A stretch of 64,000 nucleotides of DNA from Tubulanus polymorphus (Eukaryota; Animalia; Nemertea), in NCBI RefSeq assembly GCF_964204645.1, contig NC_134031.1:11844088-11908087 (forward strand), in the 5' to 3' direction. The notes beneath the pieces were generated by a model. It saw nothing but the letters and a program-made list of their open reading frames with translations. It was not told the DNA's origin and searched no databases. This document shows, in pieces, positions 1-11,289 of this stretch; the stretch's first letter is position 1; each line of letters starts with the position of its first letter. A program made the position numbers and the translations under genes.

Positions 1-664
1 TTGGCAAGCCTGTCATATGCCAATTGCTGGCGCCTCTGAGCAGCCTGCAGACGGTCTCTCACATGGTGATGGGCATACTCTAGGCGGTCAGTCAGGTCAT
101 GGCCGTACTTGGTTTTAAGTCCTGAAGGGTTCGGGTTCCCAACCATGATGTCGATGGGTAATACCATTTCCTCCCCAAAGGTTAGATAAAATGGTGTTTC
201 CTGGGTTGACATCTGGATGCTGGAACGAAAAGCCATCAGGCATGCGGGCAAATGGTCATCCCAATTGGTCCCCTTATCATTAACGGCGACTGTCAGTGTT
301 GACTTCAGTGTCTTGTTGAGGTTCATAACCTGACCATTGCCCATTGGATGGTATGCTGTCGTTCGTGCCTTATCGATGCCTAATATGGTACACATCTCAG
401 CAAATACCCTGGATTCAAAGTTTGAACCACGATCGGAATGAATGCTCTCTGGGCAGCCGAATCTGCAAACCCATTCGTTCACCAGGATTCGGGCAACAAC
501 GTGCGCCTTCTCACTACGAATGGCCCATGCTTCTGGCCATTTAGTAAATGCGTCCTGGGCGGCGAGGATGTAAACATTTCCATGGCGAGTACAGGGTAAT
601 GGGCCCACAATGTCGACATGAAGGCGCTGACCACGCCTCCCGATACGAGTAGGGATAAGTGGGG
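1..664 (-). pseudogene. Gypsy LTR-retrotransposon integrase core, 3' part; continuation of the element at 53487-58502
   Basis: The minus strand reads ...APLIPTRIGRRGQRLHVDIVGPLP... and then YHPMGNGQV..LNKTLKS, ...WDDHL. It joins in frame to ...AICQECKSPPKRPK at 53487-53530 when 665-53486 is removed. Confidence 0.9.
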
Positions 665-670
665 CCTTTG

Positions 671-758
671 AGTAATTGGAAGATATGGGTTTCATACCAG
701 AGTACTAGAGTACTAAACACCACTCATCACCACAAGTAATTTTTTTTCCTTATAAATG
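671..758 (+). repeat. Left TIR of Polinton-A, running to the ATG of pPolB
   Basis: Reverse complement of 53407-53486 apart from an 8-bp AGAGTACT duplication and a few substitutions. Confidence 0.9.
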
Positions 759-3700
759 GAAGAGAGTGAGTACCAGACGGAAAACAATAATGTTAATAAA
801 AATCAATATTATTGCCCATATTGTAAAAAATACATCGATAAATCTAATAAATCTAAACATGAAAAATCTGCAAATCATATAACAAATGTAATAGATTTTG
901 AAACTCCAGAAAATTCCAATGAAAGAAAAGAACGATTAGAAAATATGAATGTGGATGAAATAAAATGTGAAGTTTGTAATGAATTTGTAGTAAAAAGGAA
1001 TTATAATAGACATCTCGAATCACAAAAACACCATCAAAATTTGAGTAATAATGTTTTAGGAAAAGATTATTTTGATGATAAACCTCAAAAAGTAAAAAAA
1101 ATTACTTCAAAAACTAAATCCATTTCAAATAAACTAACATGGAAAATGTTAGAAATTATATTGATTCACTAGAAATAAAAGATACAATTGAAATTTTAGA
1201 AACATTACGTAGTAAAATTGGTCCTGCAGCTATTATATTTAGATTTTTTAAAGGTACAACAATAGAAGATTATATTAAATTTAATGAAATAATAGAAAAA
1301 ATACTAGATTTGATAACAGATGTTGAATATCCAAAAATTAGTATCTCTGGGAAAGTAAGTTTTTTAAAGTCAGAAGATAAAATGGATTATAATATTCAAA
1401 CACTCTCTGAAGAAATAATTTCAAAAACACAAATAAAAGAGAAGTTAGAAAAAATATTTAATGAATTCAAACGTCATATTGAAGAAAGATATTTTGAGGG
1501 TTCTGGCTTAAAATTGAATGAAATTATATTTTTAGATTTAAATGTTTATAATACAAAAAGAAATAAAACATCAAAAAGTAATGAAATGTTTAAAAATGAT
1601 TCAAACTTTACAACAGAAAAGGATATTAAAGCATCATCTTATATTAAATTACCATTTACAACAAAAGCAGTAATAAATGTTCAAAATGAAGATGATAAAT
1701 GTTTTCTGTGGGCAATTATTAGTTGCTTACATCCAACAGAAGATATTACACATAGTTTTAGAATAACAAATTACCGGAAATATGAAACATTATATAAAAT
1801 TGATCAATATCCAGTAACTATAAAAATGATTTCCAAAATAGAAAAAGTTAATAATTTAAAAATAAATGTATTCGAATTAATGCAATTACCAAAGACAAAA
1901 GGTGAAAATATTAAAGATTATACATTGGAAGCTTTATATTTAACAGAATATTATGATGATGAAAATGCTATAGATTTGTTATATTACAAAAAAAGATGAA
2001 AATGAACATTATATGTGGTTAAAACAAATTGATTTATTCTTTAGAACAGAAAGTGATCATCATCGTAAAATTTATCTATGTAGAAAATGTTTATCTAAAT
2101 TTATGACTGAGAATACATTATTAAAACATAATTCTTTATGTGATAATAAAGATTTTTGTAAATTAATAATGCCAACAGAAAAAGATTATAAATTGAAATT
2201 TACTAATCATAAATTTAAGAATATTGTTCCATTTGTAATTTATGGGGATTTTGAATCGTTGAATAAAGAATTAACTGATCAAGATAGAAAAGAAATATAT
2301 AACAAAAAGCAATTATTAAAATCAATGGATAAAGGAAATGAATTAAATGAAGACACAATACAAGACCCACCAATTATAAATACAATTAAAAAAGTTCATC
2401 AAAGAGCTGCTGCTTATGGAATTTATATAAAATCAAATTATCCTGAATTATATGAAAGTCAATATATTTCTTTTAGAGGTGAAAATGTAGTTAATGATTT
2501 TTGTGACAAAATGATTGAATTAGAAAGTGATTTTGCAAAATTATTAAACAAAAATAAAAGAATAGTTATGACAAAAGAAGATGAAATTGATTTTAATTAT
2601 GCAACTCATTGTTGTTATTGTGAAAAACGTTTTTATTCATTTGATAAAAAAGTTAGAGATCATGATCATTTAAATTCAAAATATCGTGGAGCTGCTCATG
2701 AAGATTGCAATTTACAAGCTAAGAAAGTTAATTTCGTACCAATATTATTTCATAATTTATCAGGCTATGATACCCATCTATTTATAAAACAATTATCGGG
2801 AAAATTGGGCGCAATTAATCAAGAAATAGAAGAATATAATGTTATGAATGGTGTAAATGTAAGAAAATATGATTTTAAACTATTAGCTAAAACATCTGAA
2901 AATTATATTTCATTTCAATTTGGTTGCATTAGATTTTTAGATTCTTATAGATTTCTAGCAAGTTCATTAGATAATTTATCAAAAAGTTAAGTTGATAATG
3001 ATTTTATAATAACTCGATATTATTATCCAAATGAACAAGATTTTAAATTATTGAGATATAAAGGCGCAATTCCTTATTCATTTTATAAAACACACAATGA
3101 TTTTAATGTAACAGAATTATTAAAAGATCAATTTTATGATCAATTAAAAGAGGAGTATGTGAAAGACGAAGTGTTTAATAGAACATTAAATATTTGGAAC
3201 CATTTTAAGATGAAAAATCATGGTGAATTAGTTGATTTATATTTAAAATCAGATGTTATGATATTGGCTGACATATTTGAAAAATTTAGAGAAGTTAATT
3301 TGAATCATTTTAATGTTGATCCTTGTTATTGCTACTCTAGTCCTGGTTTAACCTGGCAATGTGGTTTAAAATATACAAATGTAGAATTAGATTTATTAAA
3401 AGAACCAGATATGGTTTTATTATTTGAAAAATCAATAAGAGGTGGAATTAGTGGTGTTATGGGAGATAGGTATTTTAAAGCAAATGATGAATATAAATTA
3501 TTATATATTGACGCCAATAATTTATATGGTTGGGCAATGATGCAACCTCAACCATACAAAAATTTTATATTAACAGAAGTTGAAAATGATGATAAAACTG
3601 ATTGGGAAAGCGCAATTGCGAGTTTAAAAGATGAAGCACCAATTGGTTATTTCTTTGTAGTTGATTTAGAATATCCTGAAAATATAAAGTTTAAAACAAG

Positions 3701-5489
3701 AAACTTACCTTATTGCCCAGAACATTTAACCGTAGATGATAGTTATTTAAGTGAATACCAGAAGAAAATAAAACCGAAAGATCATGTTTTTACAGAAAAA
3801 TTAATACTTACTCAAAATAATAAATACAACTATATCGTTCATTATAGAATGTTAAAATTTTATCTGAAACAAGGAATGAAATTAAAGAAAGTACATAGAT
3901 ATATTGAATTTAATCAATCGAAGTGGTTAGAAAAATATATAGATTTCAATACTCAACAGAGAACCATATCAAAAACAGATTTTGAAAAAGATTTCTTCAA
4001 ATTAATGAATAATAGTTTTTATGGTAAAACATGTGAAAATATTAGAAATAGAAATGATATTGAATTAGTAAATAATTCTGAACGATTAAGACATTTACAA
4101 TCAAGTCCTAGACATTTAGGAAATAAAAGATTTGAAGATTATTTAACAGGAGTTAAATCAAAAAGAACGTCAATGAAATTTAATAAACCTATATTCATTG
4201 GTTCAACTGTTTTAGAAGTATCAAAATTATTAATGTATGATTTTTATTATAATGTTTTACAACCACTTTTTGGGGAAAAGCATATTGAAATATAATATTT
4301 TGATTCTGTAACAGCTGACACCCCAATATTATTAAAATGTAATGATAAAATATTGATAAGAAGAATTTCAGAAATAATTCCACAACAAAGTGAATGTTAT
4401 ATTTCATATGGTGAAAAAGAATTAATACAAATAAATGGATTAATGGATGTTTGGACAAGAAATGGATGGAAAAAATTAAAGAATATTATTAGACATAAAA
4501 CAAATAAGAAAATCTATAGAGTTAGAACTAAATTATGATTTGTAGATGTTACAGAAGATCATAGTTTAATTAAACGAAATGGCGATGAAATAAAACCAAC
4601 TGATATAAAAATTGGAGATGAATTATTACATAAAAGATTTTTCCAAAGAATGAATCATATGTCATTCGATGAAATTATTGATAATATTTATAATATAGAA
4701 CCCGAAACATTAGAAGAAAAAGAATATTTTATCAAAGGATTTTTCATGAGTGATGGTTCAGCAGGTGTGTATAATTATGTTTGGGGTAATAAATATTGTT
4801 GGTATTTATGCAATCAAGACTTGAAATTATTAGAAAGAATTAAGAAATTCTGTGAAGAAGTTTATTCACATAAAACATTTAGAATCATGGATGTTATGAG
4901 ATCATCAGCAGTTTATAGAATACTTGTAAATAATCCTAAAGATTTTGCTATAAAATATAATGATGAATTCTATATTCATGCAATAGTGAAAAGTAATACT
5001 TCAACTAAAGAAAAGATAGTACCAGATTATGTATTAAATGCAAAAAATAATTTAAGAAAGTGGTTCTTCATTGGATTCTATGCCGCAGATGGCACTAAAA
5101 AATTTACTTAGGATAAAAAGATAACCTTTGCACAGAAAGGAAAAGTTGCTATATCAGGATTGAATATATTATGCAGTTCATTAGGATTTAATATTAATAT
5201 AGAATTAATTAAATCTAAACCAAATTGTTTTAATTAAAGGCATGTAGAAAAAGAATTAACAGAAGAAGTTAAAGTTTATTTGAAATATATAACCCATCAG
5301 ATTATGTTTATGATTTATCAACTGAAGATGGTACATTTAACTGTGGATTTCCATTAATTGCAAAAAATGCGGATGCGTACATACTAAAAATCAAGACAAA
5401 TGAGATAACAAAGACTTAAAAACATTAAAACATCATTTTGATTTTAGCAATTATCCCAAAGATCATGAACTATTTAGCAATGATAATAA
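756..5489 (+). pseudogene. polB: Protein-primed family B DNA polymerase of Polinton-A (Zn fingers, OTU-like protease motif, exonuclease with EndoVII-like insert, polymerase); intein-containing, disrupted
   Basis: ORFs 756-1172, 1139-1999, 2013-2990 and 3051-4295 are collinear with pPolB of B/C. Motifs NEDDKCFLWAI, YGDFES, RDHDHL..YRGAAH, FHNLSGYD, YIDANNLYG, KLMNNSFYGK, YFD. Frameshifts and stops; cut at 5489 by a BEL LTR. Confidence 0.93.
4305..5368 (+). mobile_element. Intein with LAGLIDADG homing endonuclease, inserted at YFD|TDS (pol-c site); decayed
   Basis: Block A SVTADTPILLK directly after YFD; block B VDVTEDHSL; LAGLIDADG-type YFIKGFFMSDGS and WFFIGFYAADG; block H-like QKGKVAISGLNILCSSLGF; blocks F/G YVYDLSTEDGTFNCGFPLIAKN. 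Extein resumes as ADAYILKIKT (TDSYILKIKT in B/C). About 355 codons with three stops and one frameshift. Confidence 0.93.
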
Positions 5490-5701
5490 TGTCGAGAACG
5501 ACATGTGTTGGTTCTCTTATATGATTCGTTGATGTCTCTCTTATATGATTGGTTGCTGTTTCGCGCCATGTGTACTATACTGTAACCCTATACTGTAGTA
5601 ATAAAGTTAGATGCTGTTTAGATTCACAAAATACAACACGCTCTTCGACTTTACTCCTTCGGATCTGGTCAACTCTCTGTGGTGATAGTCACTCCATCAC
5701 A
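5490..5701 (+). repeat. 5' LTR of BEL element
   Basis: TG...CA termini, internal AATAAA, immediately followed by the PBS. Confidence 0.8.
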
Positions 5702-5703
5702 TT

Positions 5704-5721
5704 TGGTGCCGTGACCAGGAT
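5704..5721 (+). promoter_or_regulatory. Primer-binding site, tRNA-His-like
   Basis: TGGTGCCGTGACCAGGAT two bases after the LTR end; nearly the same sequence follows the LTR ending at 58908. Confidence 0.8.
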
Positions 5722-5722
5722 T

Positions 5723-6136
5723 ATGTCGACGACATCGGAAAATGCGTATGACGAAACTGAGCGTCAAAACGAAATGGACCAAACGAAGCGTCCTACAGCA
5801 TCTCGGTTGGCCCACCGAGGGCAGTTATCTAAATACCTCAATCGTGCAGAAGAGGTCTACCAGAGCCTACAATCCGGATCAACAGAAGTAGGCCTAGCGG
5901 AAGTTCAAGATCTGGTAGCAATCATATCATCAGCGGTCACAAAGCTAAACCTCATACAAGAACTAGATCAAACAATTCTTTCGTTGACGCCAGATGAAAA
6001 TCTACAATCATCTATCGCAGAAGCAGATGATTTCGCATTCGAACGGATTATCGAAATACAAAGATATAGATTCTTTATTGAAACGTTCAATAACGACACG
6101 AAACCGAACGCGAGCGATGGTCAGGAAACTAAATAA
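5723..6136 (+). pseudogene. gag: BEL gag N-terminus (truncated)
   Basis: ATG right after the PBS; helical RLAHRGQLSK...ELDQTIL pattern shared with the gag at 58926. Confidence 0.7.
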
Positions 6137-8795
6137 CGATACCCGAAAAATCTATGATCGAATTATCGAAGATCAAATAGCGCGTGGATTCATCGAGTCG
6201 ATCCACGAGGAAAACGAATCCGAAGGTCATTATATACCGTACCACTCGGTGAAGAAAGACTCAGCTACAACACCAATTCGCGTCGTCTACGATTGTAGCT
6301 TCCGTACGCGTCAGTCTCCGAGTTTAAATGACTGCCTGGAAAAAGGACCGCTACTGCTTAACGATCTTGGTTCGATCTTGATGAACTTTCGTACATGCGA
6401 CGTTGGACTTAGTAGCGACATCGAAAAGGCCTTCCTTCAAGTGGGCCTAGCCGAGCCAGACCGGAAATTCACGAAATTTTTCTGGCTAAGCGATCCAAAC
6501 GACCCCGAAAGCAAATTCATTACGTATCAATTTAAATCTGTATTATTCGGAGCAGCGTGCTCGCCGTTTATTCTCAATGCCGTCATAAAATCAGATTTGG
6601 AGCACGGTAGCTAACGATATGAAATCGAGCATATACGTAGACAACGTCGTTACGTCGGTGAAAGACGAATCGACAGCGATCGATTATTACCATAGTGCGA
6701 ATCGGATGATGTCCGACGCAGGATTTAAACTATGTGAGTGGACTAGTAACAACGAAAACCTCAGACATATTGCGAGTAAAGACAACTTATTGAACGGACA
6801 TGACGTTGTCAGCAACCTAGGACTCCTGTGGGATGTCAATCAGGACAGGCTTAAATACAAACAAGCGATCGAGCATAGCGAACCAGAAATTATTACGAAG
6901 CGCGAAATCGTCAGGAGCGTGGCGAGTCTCTATGATCCGTTAGGACTGTTATCACCGGTTCACATCAAATCAAAAATATTCATCCAAGAATTATGGAAAG
7001 CGAATGTCTCGTGGGATGAATTATTACCAGACGAGGTGAGCAATAACTGGAAAACTTTGTACCGCGATCTACAAAATGCGAGAAAAATAACGATTAACCG
7101 GAAGTATTTTTCTGCGCCGTCGGAGGATACCGATACTGAGTTACATTGCTTTGTGGACGCGAGTTCACGTGGCTACGGAGCCACCGTTTATCTACGTCAA
7201 GGGAAAAACACCGCGCTTGTCATAGCGAAAAACAGAGTTGCACCCGTTAAACAGCTCTCGTTACCGCGCCTCGAGCTAATGGCCGCCGTCGTCGGCGCCC
7301 GTTTGATCAAATATTCATTCGATGCGCTTAATCCATGCTACAATTTCAGCAAAGCGATTATCTGGTCCGATAGCGAGATAGTCCTAAGTTGGACTAGGAG
7401 TGAAAATCGACTTCCGTGTTTCGTTCAAAATCGGGTGCACGAGATAAACTCCTTGAATCTAGACAATCTCGATGTGGAATTGAATTACGTACCGACTCAA
7501 GATAATCCAGCGGATCTACTAACACGCGGTATAACCACTCATCAACTGGCCAATTCAACACTATGGTGGCACGGGCCCGACTGATTGAAAGTCGGCGATT
7601 GGCCAGTCTCGCGATTTCAAGCCGATAACGAAATTAAAACTGATGAATCTGTCGACGAGACTACCATGTCGATACAACACGAAAAGTTAGAAAAAGCGGG
7701 TATCTTAAAGATCATTGATCCGGAAAAATATGGATCGTTGACCGAACTCGTGCGTGTTACCGCTTATTTCCTCAGATATTTACATAATCTGAGGAATCCG
7801 GCCGATCGGGTTAGCGGGGAACTCACCGCCGATGAGATAAAAACAGCAGAAAACAAATGGGTCATGGACTTACAGAAAACATACTTTAAATCTGAATTGA
7901 ATCAATTGACAGACCAGAAACTCAAACGCGGTAACCTGGTCAAACAACTGAAAATCTTTATCGATGACAGGGGACTTATTCGATGCGGCAGTCGTGTGCA
8001 AAATTCGTCTTTACCGTACGATGCCAAATTTCCCATTCTATTACCAGATCACCATATTACGCGTTTGATCGTGTTGTTTCACCACAGGAGGTGTAAACAT
8101 ATAAGAATCGGCGGGACTGTTACTGCTATCAGGCAAAGATACTGGATACCGAAAATTAGACAAGTCGTAAAATCAGTTCTCAGGAAATGTGTTACGTGCG
8201 CTATAGTACGAGGCTCCGCCTACTGCAGACCTATACCAACGCCACTTCCAATTTCGCGCGTTACGGATGCTCCGCCCTTTACTGTTACCGGAGTAGATTA
8301 TTCAGGCGAAATTTGGGTCAGAGGCACGTCTGACAAGCGCCATAAACATTACATTTGTCTGTTTACATGCGGCACCACGCGAGCAGTCCATCTCGAATCA
8401 GTCATTAATATGACACCTGCCGCGTTTATTCGAGCATTCCGGAGATTCGTTTCGCGTAGATCGTTACCGCATGAACTGATCAGTGACAACGGGTCATACT
8501 TTCTAAAATCTTGCGTAGAGATAGAAGAAATCGTCAATTCGCCGATCGTCGCGAGATATATGGCGAACAATCGAATCAGATGGACATTCATTCCCAAACG
8601 AGCCCCTTGGTTCGGGGGATTCTGGGAAAGGATGATAGGCGTAACGAAAGAATGCCTCAGAAAGATTCTCGGTAGAAGCATCGTCACGGACGATGAATTA
8701 CGAACTCTCTTGTGTGAAATTGAGGCTACGATCAACGATCGACCTCTCACGTATGTGTATAGTACGGAAGACGAGCCTCTTCCCTTATCTCCGTC
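6137..8795 (+). pseudogene. pol: BEL pol (RT, RNase H, integrase), disrupted
   Basis: ORFs 5994-6614, 6619-7584 and 7585-8907 carry RT, RNase H and rve motifs in BEL order. Confidence 0.92.
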
Positions 8796-9063
8796 AGTAA
8801 TAGGGGTAATAGGCTTTCAGATCAAAGGTCGAACGGTCGAGCTCGTAAAAAATGAAAAACATAAAAATAATAACAATTTCTACTTGAATTACTCGCGAAA
8901 CTCATAAAAATGAAAAATAAATTCTCACACGCTCGAATTTATTTTTCATTTTTATGAGTTTCACTCCTAATTCAAGTAGAAATTGTAATTATTTTCATGT
9001 TTTTCATTTTTTACTCACCCGCCCGTTCAACCTTTAACCCGAAAGCCTATTACCCCTATTACT
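8796..9063. repeat. 268-bp imperfect terminal palindrome (129-bp arms, 10-nt loop)
   Basis: Arms aligned by hand: 15 mismatches, no gaps; loop TCACACGCTC. Confidence 0.95.
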
Positions 9064-9145
9064 CTTAGAATATTCATATATATATGAATAACATTTAAAT
9101 CATTGAACTTCTAAAATCAATTTTAATAAAAAATATAGTATTAAA

Positions 9146-9397
9146 ATGGAAGCAAATAAATACTACTGCCCAACATGTAATATCGATATAGATAAATCCC
9201 AAAAAGCAAGACACAATAAAACTAGAACACATTTAGAAAATAAATTGAAACTAGAATATTTACAGTTATATTCAGAACAGTTAACAAAAGCAAAGAAATT
9301 TATTGAATTATGGAATAATGATCCAAATAATGAACAATACGTTGAGGAATTTGATATCAAGGAATCGAAAGAACTTATCAAAAGCAACGGAGAATGA
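9146..9397 (+). CDS. 83-aa chimeric ORF: TIR-encoded Zn finger (as in the pPolB N-terminus) plus an HNH-gene-like C-terminal tail
   Basis: First 38 aa match 24366-25067; LQLYSEQLTKAKKFI..W matches the tail of 44818-45093. Confidence 0.6.
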   Translation: MEANKYYCPTCNIDIDKSQKARHNKTRTHLENKLKLEYLQLYSEQLTKAKKFIELWNNDPNNEQYVEEFDIKESKELIKSNGE

Positions 9398-9476
9398 AAA
9401 AGGATGACGTTGATCGAAGAAATGGAAGAGGATTCTAAAATTATTAACCAATTTAGTAAAAAAATACGTATAATAA

Positions 9477-10130
9477 ATGGAACCAGAACAACCACAAACT
9501 ATAAATATTACAAATAACACTGGTGTTATAAATATATATTACAAAAAGTGTTCTAAATGTGAATTAGATAAATTAGCTTTAACAGAATTTAGTAAGCGTA
9601 AGATTAGCAAAGATGGTTTTCAATATTGCTGTAAAACTTGTACTAAACTATATACCAAACAATACCGAGAAGATAATATAGAACATTATAATTATTATAT
9701 GGCAGAATATATGAGAGAAAGATATCAAACAGATCTTAATTTTAGATTGAAACAATGCTTAAGATCTAGATTAACACAATTATTCAACAAAGAAACACAT
9801 TCAGAAACACTATCTAATTTATTGGGTTGTTCAGATGAATTTCTCAAATCATGGATAATATATCAATTCGATGATAAAATGAATATAGATAATTATGGTG
9901 AATACTTTCATATTGATCACGTGTTGCCGATTTCTAAATTTGACATGAGTGATGATTATAATAAGAAGCTAATCTGGAACTGGAGAAATTTAAGACCTTT
10001 AGAAAAGAAAGAAAACATAATTAAATCTAATAAACTAGATATACAGTTATATTTAGATCAACTGGATAAAGCAAAGACATTTGTTGAATTATGGAACTCA
10101 ACACATAATGAAAAATACGTTGAATGTTAA
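9477..10130 (+). CDS. HNH endonuclease with N-terminal CxxC/CxxC Zn ribbon, giant-virus-like
   Basis: KKCSKC...SKDG...CKTC; LLGCS.EFL; MNIDNYGEYFHIDHVLP; NLRPL.KKEN..KSNK. Confidence 0.85.
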   Translation: MEPEQPQTINITNNTGVINIYYKKCSKCELDKLALTEFSKRKISKDGFQYCCKTCTKLYTKQYREDNIEHYNYYMAEYMRERYQTDLNFRLKQCLRSRLTQLFNKETHSETLSNLLGCSDEFLKSWIIYQFDDKMNIDNYGEYFHIDHVLPISKFDMSDDYNKKLIWNWRNLRPLEKKENIIKSNKLDIQLYLDQLDKAKTFVELWNSTHNEKYVEC

Positions 10131-11289
10131 ACGCTTAGAGAACCGGTTTCTCTCGATCTATGTCAAACCGCCTGTATGTAATTGTATTAGGTTGTTTACA
10201 AAAAACATCTGTGCTGTATTTCATATTCAGTTGAATGGGGCGCACCTCATTTGAATATTGATCGAACGTGCTATTTCGTTTGAAAAGGATTAATCAATTA
10301 TATTACAAAGGAAGGAACATCTGTTGCACCAGACAGTGTTTAGCTAGTGAATAACTGGCAGTTATAAGCGCGCAGCACATAAGCATAGGAACGTATAGGA
10401 TATTCTCTCTATAAACACAATTTTAGGAGGTTACAGTTATAAATGTAAGTACTGTTTTTGTTGTTATTAAGGCGTTGGAAAACGCTAAACATGTAAAACT
10501 TATCCTGGTAAGATGAGCCACAAAATGGTCATGTTTAAGTGTTGTAATTAATATTTTACAACTACAACTTCAAGTTAGTTTTATTCTACGTTAGATATTT
10601 ATCTTTTAGATAACAAAATGAAGGCTATTGAATCAAGAAAGTGAAGATAGATGGATGTGGAATCAGAAATTATGGATATTTCAACTCATGAGACTGTAGC
10701 AGTTTAGCCATACTGTATAGGCTTCCAATGCATTACGTTTGCTGGAATTTCAATTGTGTCATTAAGCTGTTGTTAATGACACATAGTGACAGATGTTGTA
10801 TTATACTTTATTGATTCCTGCATTCCACGCATACCTTACCGCTCGGCTGCCGAGCGGCTTGGAATGTGGAAATCGATAATGATTGTAGAATGAAATATAT
10901 GTATTTATGAAATAGTATTTCCACCAGTCGTTTCTTTGAATTTATTTTCAGTTTTAGGATTTATCATCAAGAATCCGAAATGACTTATCTGGACAGTTAT
11001 AGTTACTGCTCCTAATAGATAGACAATAGTAGTGAGATAATCTAAATCCTAATTTAAATAAAATATAATAAAAAAACAATAACTTCAACTAGCTAGTGAA
11101 TTCTATTATATTTTTAATATTTTCTTTTCAAAAGAGAATACTTTATATTTTGAATAGATTCAAATAGAAATTCTTTAAATTCAAATAGCTAGTATCAGTA
11201 GTCAATACTAGAGTTCTTTAACTTTAACTATCTAGTATCATTTGAAGAATACTTATAATATTTTTTTTTGCATTTTTTCTCTAATATAA

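Larger units (their letters stand above)
5490..8795 (+). mobile_element. BEL/Pao LTR retrotransposon, internally deleted and 3'-truncated by Polinton-B
   Basis: LTR and PBS present; gag start at 5723; RT (IRVVYDCS, DIEKAFLQV, YVDN); RNase H (LHCFVDAS, LPRLELMAA); integrase (GVDYSG, SDNG, GGFWERMI). Confidence 0.93.

Noticed and set aside
756-2990. Programmed frameshifting in the pPolB of A
   Set aside because: Breaks fall in A-runs, are not shared with B, and accompany many in-frame stops, so decay is the simpler explanation.
8796-8907. C-terminal extension of the BEL integrase ORF
   Set aside because: Read-through into the Polinton-B terminus.
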